Below, in pieces: positions 9,241 to 17,648 of a stretch of 64,000 bases of DNA (the stretch's first letter is position 1; the number at the start of each line of letters is the position of its first letter). The translations under genes and the position numbers were made by a program. The stretch is from positions 1 to 64,000 of IMG/VR virus record IMGVR_UViG_3300025933_000001. One strand, written 5' to 3'. The stretch comes from a virus. The notes beneath the pieces are model-generated. The model searched no databases. It worked only from the letters and a program-made list of their open reading frames with translations, and had not been told where the DNA came from.

Positions 9241-10275
9241 TCAAGACCCTGAATAGCACCTGATAACTGCTTTGGGCCTGAGCAACGCGCTAATATGATT
9301 GGATTCAGTTTCAATCGTAATCTGCGTGTTATCTGTATTAGCTTGTTCAAATGCGTACAGCTTTTCACCAAGCGTATTCACCAGACCGAAGCGTTCTGCA
9401 GAACCGAAATAGGTCTTGAACGTTTCAGTGCCTTGGGGAACTGCCACACCTTCGTTCGTGGTGCAAAGAGCCGTACCATTGTACGAATCACGGATTTCTT
9501 GGAACAGCAAACCACCGTAGCGGAATTGACGACCATTCGGAACTGCACTACCACCAGCAGCAAGACGACTACGCATCGGGTCCATACCTGCTTGGATCGA
9601 AGTGAAGTACTTGTAAGCAGCGGTAACAGATGCGTGTGCAATCAGTTTATTGAAGAAACCAGTGTGGCAAGGGACGATAATATCGGTAAAGCCACCAGCA
9701 CCGCCCATACCATCATGCACAGCTTGGATCACCAGTTCACACTTAGCCAGAATGTCAGCAGAGCTGTTACCAAAGTCAAAGTCAACAGCAGTACGAGTTA
9801 CGGAGAACTCAGTGTTCCAGTCTTGCGTGATAGTGCCGTTAGGAGCATAAGCAGTGCCGGAGAACAAAGCTTGAGCACGAGCTTTATTCAGAGTCCAGTC
9901 GTGGTTTTGACGCAGACGGAGCAGCTTACGAGCACGAACTTTCTCAAGTTGTTCAGTTTCATTGAAATTGTCGTAAGCAGAGATTTGCTTCAAATCTTTC
10001 GGAGTGATAAAATCAATGCTCGGAAAGTGCGGAACGATAAAGCTATGCAGCTTACGAGTACCATCCTTACCAGCGGTCGGCTTAGTACCACGAACCATGT
10101 CAACCAACAGAGCGCCGTCTTGGGTGGTTTCTTCAAACACCACGGTGTCACCCATTACAGGTTCTTCAGTAAACAGACCAAGAGCGTTAAACGAACCATA
10201 TTGAATAGGCAGGTTACGTACTGCACCTGTAAGGTCTACCAACTCATAGGTATTGCTAGGGTTACGAATCAACAT
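9241..10275 (-). CDS. major capsid protein (lambda gpE-like, HK97 fold)
   Basis: 344 aa; VPHFP, FRYGGLLFQE, AERFGLVNTLG, ETESNHISALLRP motifs; synteny. Confidence 0.9.
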   Translation of the reverse strand: MLIRNPSNTYELVDLTGAVRNLPIQYGSFNALGLFTEEPVMGDTVVFEETTQDGALLVDMVRGTKPTAGKDGTRKLHSFIVPHFPSIDFITPKDLKQISAYDNFNETEQLEKVRARKLLRLRQNHDWTLNKARAQALFSGTAYAPNGTITQDWNTEFSVTRTAVDFDFGNSSADILAKCELVIQAVHDGMGGAGGFTDIIVPCHTGFFNKLIAHASVTAAYKYFTSIQAGMDPMRSRLAAGGSAVPNGRQFRYGGLLFQEIRDSYNGTALCTTNEGVAVPQGTETFKTYFGSAERFGLVNTLGEKLYAFEQANTDNTQITIETESNHISALLRPKAVIRCYSGS

Positions 10276-10294
10276 TATTTATTTCCTTTAGTTA

Positions 10295-10999
10295 TTAGAT
10301 TTGAGTCAGAACGTCAATACCAGAGTTAGCTGTGAGCAATGCGTTCATTGCAGTAGTTTCTGCGCCAGCGGAGACAGACGAACCATAAGTAAGAGCACCA
10401 TCGGCAACAGCGCAAGGACCACGATACAGAACCAGAACCTTAGTATCCGTGGTAGCAGCAACAGAGGTGGTCAGAGGACGACCAGTAGCGTCACCAACAA
10501 CGATAACCTTCGGATTTTCAGTACCATCAGTAGCAGTGTCTTCCACCAGCTTGTACTTCTCAGTACCAGTAACAACGATAGGAATCTGATCACCAACAGC
10601 AAAGTCAGTAGAGCCATCTGCCAGAGTAAATGCAAAACCACCTTGGCTGAATGCAACACCTACAGTGCCTGCACCAATAACCTTACCGTTCGGATCACGC
10701 AGAACGAAATCACCAGCGTTAGCAGCAGCTTTAACGATTTTCAGAGTGTAAGTACCAAGCACCAAGTTCTTATTCGAGGTCATGGTGATAGCACCCATAA
10801 CACCGTTACCAGTACCGACAGTAGCACCAGCAGTGCCTACCGGGGTGTCAATGTAGGAGCCAAGAACAGCACCAACAGGAAGAGAAGTAAGGGAAGCTTG
10901 GTAAACAGTTACCAGCTTTTTGCAGTAGCCCCATTCCGGGCTGAATTCACGTTTGACCAAATTGGAGTACGCCTGAGTACCCGTTGCGATCACTGTCAT
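10295..10999 (-). CDS. head decoration protein with an inserted beta domain
   Basis: SNLVKREF...GYC start, VLVLYRGP end, DFAVGD insert; directly upstream of the MCP. Confidence 0.75.
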   Translation of the reverse strand: MTVIATGTQAYSNLVKREFSPEWGYCKKLVTVYQASLTSLPVGAVLGSYIDTPVGTAGATVGTGNGVMGAITMTSNKNLVLGTYTLKIVKAAANAGDFVLRDPNGKVIGAGTVGVAFSQGGFAFTLADGSTDFAVGDQIPIVVTGTEKYKLVEDTATDGTENPKVIVVGDATGRPLTTSVAATTDTKVLVLYRGPCAVADGALTYGSSVSAGAETTAMNALLTANSGIDVLTQI

Positions 11000-11019
11000 T
11001 TATATTTCCTTTAAAAATT

Positions 11020-11544
11020 TTATTGAGGATTAATTTCAGCTTGGAGAGCTGCAGCCAACCGGGATACGGCGTCTGTTTTAGGGGCTTCTGCTTTCGCATC
11101 TACACCAACTTCTTTGAACATTTCAGTGGAAGCTTCTGCCTCAACCGAACCTGCTAATGCGGACAACACCGCGTTAAATGCTGCGTCATCCAATGCTTCA
11201 GTTGCGAGCATCAATCCGTCAGCTTTTTCTGTACCAATGGCAGCTACGATCTTTTCCTTACGTGCTGCCATCTTTGTTTCGAGAGCTTGCTTTTCTGCGA
11301 TAGCTTTAGCTTGTTCTGCTGCAGCGATAACCGAATTAGCTGCTTCGAGCTTGGTTTTTAGTTCTGCTACCTCTGCAGTAGCTTGTGTCAGCAGTTGTTC
11401 AGCATCAGCTTTGTAAGAATCAAAATCAGCTTGCAACTTTGCGAGAGCTTCGTTAGAATTATCTGCAACAGCTTCTACAATTACTTGCTCAAGCTGTTCT
11501 TGAGGCTCGGCGTTGCCGAGGAGTTTTTTAAATTTATCTAGCAT
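11020..11544 (-). CDS. capsid scaffolding protein
   Basis: Ala/Glu/Lys coiled coil between the protease and the decoration gene. Confidence 0.7.
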   Translation of the reverse strand: MLDKFKKLLGNAEPQEQLEQVIVEAVADNSNEALAKLQADFDSYKADAEQLLTQATAEVAELKTKLEAANSVIAAAEQAKAIAEKQALETKMAARKEKIVAAIGTEKADGLMLATEALDDAAFNAVLSALAGSVEAEASTEMFKEVGVDAKAEAPKTDAVSRLAAALQAEINPQ

Positions 11545-12390
11545 TTACGCTTTTCCTTTATGTAAGTCGGTTATGTAAGACACAAACTCTGATCGTGTCA
11601 TAATTTTGTTAACTAAACCAAGAGCAAGTGCGTCTTTAGCCGAATACACTTTCGCTTGAGTATCTTTGATCACAGAAGTGGACAAACCAGTGTATTTAGA
11701 AACGTGCTCCCTGAATGCATCACCAAGTTCTGTAACTCGTGTCTGTAGGTCTGCTAAGAACTCTTCTCTGAAATCGCCTTCAGCATCGAAGGGTATCTTA
11801 CTAGCCCCATCCGTAATAAAAACTCTTTCAATACCTTCTTGCTTGAGTGCTACAGAGTCATTGTAAAGAGCGATCAGTACACCAATTGATCCAGCTTCAC
11901 CAAACGGATTGATAACAACCTCATCACAAGCACAGATGATTGCGTACATAGCAGAACAAGCATGTCCGTCGATGTAACCGTACAGCTTTACTCCAGCGGC
12001 ATCGCACATTGCTCGGAGTTCGTTCGTACTTTCAAAGCAGCCGTAGCATTCGCCTCCTCCACTATCAGCATCAATGACAATCGTCTTAACGCCTGCTGCG
12101 ATCATTTCTGAAGCTTGCTCTGTAAGCATTTCGTAAGAGAAACCTCCGCAAGCTGCTTCCCATCCTGTGGTACGATAACTGAGAGGACCACGAATAGTGA
12201 TAACCCCAATACCAGCGTTAGAATCGAAAGTGGGCTGTACTGCTTTTGGTTCATTGTCAGGAAAATCTAACAGTCCTGCGTTCCGGGTATGTAGATAAGA
12301 AGAGATTGCTTGGAACCCTTCTTTCGAGATTAGATGTGGACGATTCCACACCTTCTCTGCTGCAAGCCTTAGAAGGCTGTGTTTTGGCAT
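11545..12390 (-). CDS. prohead maturation protease, S49 family
   Basis: DSGGGE, ACSAMY, GSIGV motifs. Confidence 0.9.
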   Translation of the reverse strand: MPKHSLLRLAAEKVWNRPHLISKEGFQAISSYLHTRNAGLLDFPDNEPKAVQPTFDSNAGIGVITIRGPLSYRTTGWEAACGGFSYEMLTEQASEMIAAGVKTIVIDADSGGGECYGCFESTNELRAMCDAAGVKLYGYIDGHACSAMYAIICACDEVVINPFGEAGSIGVLIALYNDSVALKQEGIERVFITDGASKIPFDAEGDFREEFLADLQTRVTELGDAFREHVSKYTGLSTSVIKDTQAKVYSAKDALALGLVNKIMTRSEFVSYITDLHKGKA

Positions 12391-12399
12391 AAAGCCTCC

Positions 12400-13923
12400 T
12401 TATGGTGCGTTTTCTTTGTTAGCAACACTGTTATCCTTACCAGAGCTATCTCCCCCGATATCTGCTGTACCATTACCGCTCTTGCCTGCAGCCATCCCAT
12501 CTCCAGATCGACTTGCGTTACCTGTCAGATTGTCAGTATCTACCGGAGAATCTTCAGGTTTGAGAGGAATACCGCCAACTTCACGAATCTTATTAAGCAA
12601 CGGTCTATCAACCTCAAGGAGTCCCACTGCACCGATTCTTTGAATGAAGGCGCTAAAGTCAGACATGTCTACGTTATCTAAATCACCTGGGACGAATTTC
12701 GGAAGTTCAGTATCACTCCAGCCATTCAAGCTAAAAATCTGCGGGATAAGATCGTTGTTAAGAACGTCTGCAATCTCCCTAAGTCTGTGATCAAGAGCGA
12801 TAGCAAGAAGGGATGTTTTGGCGGATGACAACGCAAAACTACCCCCCTTATCTTGCCCCATAGCGATAACATCGACACTCAACGCAACAAGAATGTCATG
12901 CTGATAGCGACGAATAATCTCGTTAATGTCGTACTGAGGATTGCCTTTACGATCTAACAGATCAATCGTAAACATCTCTTGCTTCGTTTCGGTATCCACG
13001 AGCTTTGGAAATACAATCCCTCGTTGAGTACCGTTAGCAAGGTTATCAACGATAGTTTTCGTCATTTCGTAAACAGCCTTCTCAGCCTCACCAGCATCTT
13101 CTGCCATATATTGAGGAGGAATCTGAATAACAGGAAGACCTGCAGAATCCTTAGCTACACCTGTAAGCTCTTGCTCTTGAAGCATTTGCATTCTTTTATA
13201 GGCAAGATATATCGGTTTCAGTAACGACCTACCTTGAGGATTACCTTTAGTAGCGTCTGCTGCAAACAACAAGAACTTGTCACGAGAAATCTCAATAAAG
13301 CCATCTTTGTTAGTATTAGCTGTAGGAACAACTCTACCAGAATCTTGTAAATTCTTTAAAGATTGTCCAATGGCTACTAAGTCTCTTCCGTCATCTGAGA
13401 AGTACCACTTAGCGATTGTCTCTTGAGCACGAGGGGAGAGTTTACGTAATCCTACTAAGCCGTCATTGTAGCGAGAGCCATTAGCTCTAAGACGTCTACG
13501 GAAAACTTTCTCATGGATGGAGTGTCCGTACTCTAGATAGGTAAGAACTTCACTAATGAAACTACCCCAACTATTCTCCATGTCTGTCATACACTGCTGT
13601 ACAAACTTGGCACGAGCTTTCTGTTGTTCTGTAGCGCCTACAGGGGGTTCTACACACCAAGGAACTCTAGCTAGGAACATCTTATAAACGTTAAATCCTG
13701 CAGCAACTGTAGGATCGTTTATCATTTCTTCTCTTACACGGAAGAAGTAGGGTGTTCTAAATTGAACATTCGCCTCTTCCAAGATTTGTCCGCTAGAGAC
13801 TTTAAGCCCTACATACCCTTGTTCACTAAGTCTAATTCGTGGTATAGTAGCATCACTATCTGGTGACAGTGCTGCGTTATTGGCTGAAGAATCAGCCTCG
13901 TTAGTGCTGGATTGATCAGCCAT
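12400..13923 (-). CDS. portal protein (DUF935-like)
   Basis: YGHSIHE, GNPQGRSLL, GSFALS motifs; lies between TerL and the protease. Confidence 0.9.
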   Translation of the reverse strand: MADQSSTNEADSSANNAALSPDSDATIPRIRLSEQGYVGLKVSSGQILEEANVQFRTPYFFRVREEMINDPTVAAGFNVYKMFLARVPWCVEPPVGATEQQKARAKFVQQCMTDMENSWGSFISEVLTYLEYGHSIHEKVFRRRLRANGSRYNDGLVGLRKLSPRAQETIAKWYFSDDGRDLVAIGQSLKNLQDSGRVVPTANTNKDGFIEISRDKFLLFAADATKGNPQGRSLLKPIYLAYKRMQMLQEQELTGVAKDSAGLPVIQIPPQYMAEDAGEAEKAVYEMTKTIVDNLANGTQRGIVFPKLVDTETKQEMFTIDLLDRKGNPQYDINEIIRRYQHDILVALSVDVIAMGQDKGGSFALSSAKTSLLAIALDHRLREIADVLNNDLIPQIFSLNGWSDTELPKFVPGDLDNVDMSDFSAFIQRIGAVGLLEVDRPLLNKIREVGGIPLKPEDSPVDTDNLTGNASRSGDGMAAGKSGNGTADIGGDSSGKDNSVANKENAP

Positions 13924-13960
13924 GCATTCTCCAAATTTTGTTTAATTCTTTACTGAGTTA

Positions 13961-13989
13961 ATTATAAACTAATGTCGAAGTTTTGTCAA
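13961..13989 (-). promoter_or_regulatory. consensus sigma70 promoter TTGACA-17-TATAAT upstream of the portal
   Basis: exact hexamers and spacing in sequence. Confidence 0.85.
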
Positions 13990-14019
13990 ATAGTAACTTT
14001 ACTTACGTTAATAAGTGTG

Positions 14020-15471
14020 CTACGCACGAGGTACAGGGTCTGGTCGGGATAGGTCGGGGATGCGGAATGTTGGGATGGTGACTTGTCTGCACAAAGTATT
14101 TAGTCCATCACTGGTGGCATCGACTTGATCGTTCTTTTCATTTCTCCCTCCTGTGAAATATTCTAACTCTGTTAAGTAGTCATCGTTCCAACGATCTGAT
14201 TCAGTGTCCTTAACAATTTTAACCATGCCTGCTTCAGCTAAAGCACTAAACGGTAAGAAACGCTGCACTTTTCCACTGTGCCCTGACATCAACACAGAGC
14301 GGACAATTAAACCTGCTTCAGTTAAGGTACTGACAAAAAATCTGTTAGCAATAACTCCACCAGCACCGCCATCACGAGGAATTGTTACAGGTACATCAAA
14401 CCCGTCTATCTCCGCCATTTTTATGATTTCTCTTAGAACACCGTCTGGTTGTTTTCTGTACCTAACAACGTGCTCTATGTAGTAGATTCCAGCTTTGTCT
14501 CGTGAAATCTTCACCCCTGCAGTCCAGTCCGGGTCTTTATTTTGCTCAGAAACTTCTGTCGCAGCAATATCATAGCTACGAACCCTTGCAACCACATCAG
14601 TAGGCGGCTTATCTACAAATTCAACCCAGTTACGTGAGAAATAAGAGCTATTAGACGGTCTAGCTGTCCAACTTCCATAGAGGTATCTGTCTTTATTGAC
14701 ACGAGGTTGCGCTAAGAGATTTGCATAATAATCCGGGTTGTTTTTCATGAGTGTAGGATTATCAAGGATCGTCATAGGAATAAACCTGAAACTCTTAGGT
14801 TTAAATCCTGATTCACCAAGATCGGTGTAATACCTTTCCTTCAGCTCTTCAATAGAGTTGGCCCACTTAAGAGAACCATTTATACTAATAAAATACCTAG
14901 TAATATTTTCTGTACCAGGCTTTGGAATTCCTGTCTCTGGATCAAGGCAATACTCAACCCAGTTATACAAAAAAGAATTCCTATCAGGGTTTGCCGTCAT
15001 TGTAATGTTCATGTGAATTTTGCACTCACCACTACGTAATCGACTTAATAGGAACAGAATAGACTCTTCTGTCTGTGTCGCAGCCTCGTCTACTAATATA
15101 TGTGTGGCCTGTAAACCTTGCCACTCTTGTAAATTTTGAGGAATCGCCGCAAACTTGATCTCTGCACCGTTAGGGAAAATCCACGTCAGAGGTTGTACTT
15201 TCCATTCGGCATTCCAGTGTCGGTACAGGCGTTGAGATTCGTCCACCAACCCTCCCGGCAATTTTAGCAACGGGTAAGACTCGCGGACGATAAGCACACG
15301 AGCGGCTGGGTCTTGTACGTACTTAAGAGCTTTTAATAAGCAAGTATATGACTTCGATGACCCGGCACCGCCTCCGCACAACAAGATGTCCGTTTTGTCG
15401 TCTGTGAGAACCATCTGCTGCTTAACGCTTTTTGGGCCAAAGACTGTCTTCTCTTTGTTCTTTTTACTCAT
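14020..15471 (-). CDS. terL: terminase large subunit
   Basis: Walker A GGGAGSSKS, Walker B ILVDEA, TANP, RuvC-like YDIA...DPDWTAG...DQVDA. Confidence 0.95.
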   Translation of the reverse strand: MSKKNKEKTVFGPKSVKQQMVLTDDKTDILLCGGGAGSSKSYTCLLKALKYVQDPAARVLIVRESYPLLKLPGGLVDESQRLYRHWNAEWKVQPLTWIFPNGAEIKFAAIPQNLQEWQGLQATHILVDEAATQTEESILFLLSRLRSGECKIHMNITMTANPDRNSFLYNWVEYCLDPETGIPKPGTENITRYFISINGSLKWANSIEELKERYYTDLGESGFKPKSFRFIPMTILDNPTLMKNNPDYYANLLAQPRVNKDRYLYGSWTARPSNSSYFSRNWVEFVDKPPTDVVARVRSYDIAATEVSEQNKDPDWTAGVKISRDKAGIYYIEHVVRYRKQPDGVLREIIKMAEIDGFDVPVTIPRDGGAGGVIANRFFVSTLTEAGLIVRSVLMSGHSGKVQRFLPFSALAEAGMVKIVKDTESDRWNDDYLTELEYFTGGRNEKNDQVDATSDGLNTLCRQVTIPTFRIPDLSRPDPVPRA

Positions 15472-15485
15472 CCTTTGATCCTATA

Positions 15486-16112
15486 TTAATCTGTAATTTC
15501 TACCTCGTAGCGTAGCAATGCTTCAAACACATCAGCAGAAATAACATCCTTATGTTCCAATGCTGCAGCTCTTATTAATTCTTCTTTTTGCTTCTTATAT
15601 GCCGCAAAAGCTGCTTCTGGTGTAGAATATATCCCTATGTAACCTTTACCTTTAGTAGATCGTGATCTAGCAGTATTACCGCAATGTGCAACATACCCGT
15701 TCTGATGACTGTGAACTCCTATTGGGTAATCACCTCTAGCCGCATCAGATTTTGTTAGTAGCATGTTTAAACTGTTTGGCACAAAACGACACGTATGTTC
15801 AGAATAAAGCTTATTACCTTTTATAAGAATATCTTTCTCAAGTTGGTAATCCTTAAGACCGAATCCAGTCTGAGTTTGACACCATTCTGCGAACCACTGA
15901 AAATTTTTAAAATTATCTGAGACAGTACAACCTATGTAATTAGGTCGGCGTTTGTGCATTACTGGAGAATAGCAACGGGCTAACATGTTCTTCCACAACT
16001 CATATTCAGGAGTCTTGCGGCTCCTACCGTTAACAGTCATAGACCGTTTAAATTTTCCATTTTCACTAATACCTACACCATATACTAATTTCTTCATATT
16101 TTCCTCTATCAC
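15486..16112 (-). CDS. HNH-type homing endonuclease
   Basis: YGVG, YELWKNMLARCY, YIGCTV, LEKDIL, YSEHTCRFVP; AP2-like tail. Confidence 0.85.
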   Translation of the reverse strand: MIEENMKKLVYGVGISENGKFKRSMTVNGRSRKTPEYELWKNMLARCYSPVMHKRRPNYIGCTVSDNFKNFQWFAEWCQTQTGFGLKDYQLEKDILIKGNKLYSEHTCRFVPNSLNMLLTKSDAARGDYPIGVHSHQNGYVAHCGNTARSRSTKGKGYIGIYSTPEAAFAAYKKQKEELIRAAALEHKDVISADVFEALLRYEVEITD

Positions 16113-16223
16113 AGGCTAAATTAATGTGGCTATCTGTAGTGATAGTACAGAAAAGGAGCTACCTCTTTCGCCACGTAAAACGAAAACAGCCCACAACCTT
16201 TCGGAAGTGAGCTTTATATAAAC

Positions 16224-16296
16224 TGGCGGGCCGACAAGGAATTGAACCTCACTCAACAAGAATTTGGAGTTCTGTTGCCTCCCAGAGGTGCGACCC
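16224..16296 (-). tRNA. atypical tRNA-Trp(CCA)
   Basis: GGGTCG/CGGCCC acceptor stem, G discriminator and encoded CCA, T arm TGAGG-TTCAATT-CCTTG, anticodon loop CT-CCA-AA; D arm shortened. Confidence 0.7.
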
Positions 16297-16433
16297 ATAA
16301 TTTGTGTACATAGCCACGCTAACCTGCTAATGTACGTTGATGTGGCAACATTCCACATCTTCTCCACAAGCCACCTACACTAGTTCAGCAGCCACAAGCC
16401 TCCGTAGGGAGGATACTCTTTAAAATCTTTACT

Positions 16434-16556
16434 TGTCTAAGACTGGAATCGAACCAATGTCCTTATGTTTCCGCTACTTTGGATAATCACCGTGGCCTTT
16501 GGTGTAGTTCCCATTTCGCTACATTCCATAATACTTTACCACTAAGCTACTTAGAC
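16434..16556 (-). ncRNA. tRNA-like RNA with a 59-nt insert replacing the anticodon loop
   Basis: GTCTAAG/CTTAGAC acceptor, GCTT-AGTGGTA-AAGT D arm, TTATG/CATAA stem, ATTGG-TTCGATT-CCAGT T arm; no encoded CCA. Confidence 0.8.
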
Positions 16557-16760
16557 AAGATTAAAGCCTACTCCGGGCATTCCCAAAATAGGCTGTTACT
16601 ACGGTCTGTATTCTCTTTATAACAACTCCGGGTTGTCCCCTTCACAGGAGGGCGCTACGCTTTTTCAACAGCTTCTACGTAACTTTTCTTTATAGGAGAT
16701 TTTGGCTAGGTTCTCCGTTGACCCACATTTCACCAATAGTAATGCTACAACCAGTGATTC

Positions 16761-16937
16761 TTAAATTGGCATCTCATTACGATGCTTCCTACGTTTACCG
16801 TTTCTCTTGCCACAGACACGACATTTATCACCATCACCTACTACATCTCTGTCACAGCACCAACACCAAGTAAATCCTAGTCTTGGTTTTCGTGCCATTA
16901 AGCGGTTCAATTTTCTTGTTGGTAGGTTTTCGTTCAT
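16761..16937 (-). CDS. 58-aa basic Cys-rich (zinc-ribbon-like) protein, below the ORF-track cutoff
   Basis: MNENLPTRKLNRLMARKPRLGFTWCWCCDRDVVGDGDKCRVCGKRNGKRRKHRNEMPI; two Cys clusters. Confidence 0.55.
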   Translation of the reverse strand: MNENLPTRKLNRLMARKPRLGFTWCWCCDRDVVGDGDKCRVCGKRNGKRRKHRNEMPI

Positions 16938-16942
16938 ACTAG

Positions 16943-17122
16943 CTATGACTCAATCTCTCCAGCCTCAAGCTTACGCCTAATATCATCCAACTCACCACTC
17001 TTCCGCATAGCTTCCATCTTAGCTTCTACTTCTGCTGCGGTTTCAGGATACATCTCATACAAATGGCTTTTCAATTTATGTGCAAGCTCTACAGCGTAAT
17101 CTAGCTTCTCTAGTTTAGTCAC
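16943..17122 (-). CDS. 59-aa hypothetical helical protein, below the ORF-track cutoff
   Basis: AGGAGAG RBS, GTG start, (M)TKLEKLDYAVELAHKLKSHLYEMY...GEIES. Confidence 0.6.
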   Translation of the reverse strand: MTKLEKLDYAVELAHKLKSHLYEMYPETAAEVEAKMEAMRKSGELDDIRRKLEAGEIES

Positions 17123-17140
17123 ATTCTCTCCTAGTTAATC

Positions 17141-17336
17141 TGGCCCGGTGTTGTTAATCACAGCGTGGCCTGAATCCGGGGAACTGCGCATTCTTAAATT
17201 CATTGGTAGGTTATCCCTACCGAGAGTCCCGTAGAGCTATTCGTCAATAGCTTTCACCTGTAAATTCAGGCCATACACAGATCACCTGCACTCTATTTCT
17301 AAAGTAATGCCTCACAGGGAGAGCTTGCCGGAAATT
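17141..17336 (-). ncRNA. candidate ~195-nt structured RNA ending in CCA
   Basis: perfect TGGCCTGAAT/ATTCAGGCCA helix, hairpins AGCTATT/AATAGCT and GGTAGG/CCTACC, no ORF. Confidence 0.55.
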
Positions 17337-17343
17337 CTTTATT

Positions 17344-17384
17344 CCCTTACAGATGAATAAAATAAATACTCATTTGTAAGAGGG
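17344..17384. other. long hairpin between RNA candidates
   Basis: cccttacagatga...tcatttgtaagaggg. Confidence 0.5.
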
Positions 17385-17479
17385 CTGTTACACTACCCAT
17401 AGAATCACACGGAGGTTATCTTACGGTAGTACAACCATTACAAGCAGATTATAGTGATGCTACACTCAGGAGAAATCTT

Positions 17480-17633
17480 AGATTACCTCGCTGGAGTCGA
17501 ACCAGCTACTATGATCGCCACTCAATCCAATCAGAACTTGTCCGCGTCGTACTTAACAATAGTCGCCAAACAAGTGCACTTATCAGGCGTAGTTTGTCTT
17601 TCCCAGTTCTGCCGCCACCGTGGAAGGTAATCT
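17480..17633 (-). ncRNA. tRNA-mimic RNA (acceptor-like stem, D-like arm, T arm, large 5' domain, no anticodon arm)
   Basis: AGATTACCTT/GAGGTAATCT terminal stem, GCTGG-TTCGACT-CCAGC T arm, GATT-GAGTGGC-GATC arm, CAGAACT/AGTTCTG helix; starts just after a consensus promoter. Confidence 0.7.
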
Positions 17634-17648
17634 CTACAACATATTCGT

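Noticed and set aside
9295-11014. Long + strand ORFs (344 and 237 aa) antisense to the capsid and decoration genes
   Set aside because: They are shadow frames produced by the codon bias of highly expressed genes; they have no RBS and no protein-like motifs
16116-16367. 83-aa ORF upstream of the HNH gene
   Set aside because: It runs through the tRNA-Trp and RNA hairpins and its translation is not protein-like
16465-16530. Group I/II intron or tmRNA explanation for the tRNA insert
   Set aside because: 59 nt is far too short, and there are no intron core motifs, no tag reading frame and no alanine G3:U70 acceptor
17540-17610. Possible hammerhead ribozyme (CTGATAAG and GAAA on the minus strand)
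   Set aside because: The core should be CUGANGA-stem II-GAAA; here it is CUGAUAA and no GAAA follows the next stem
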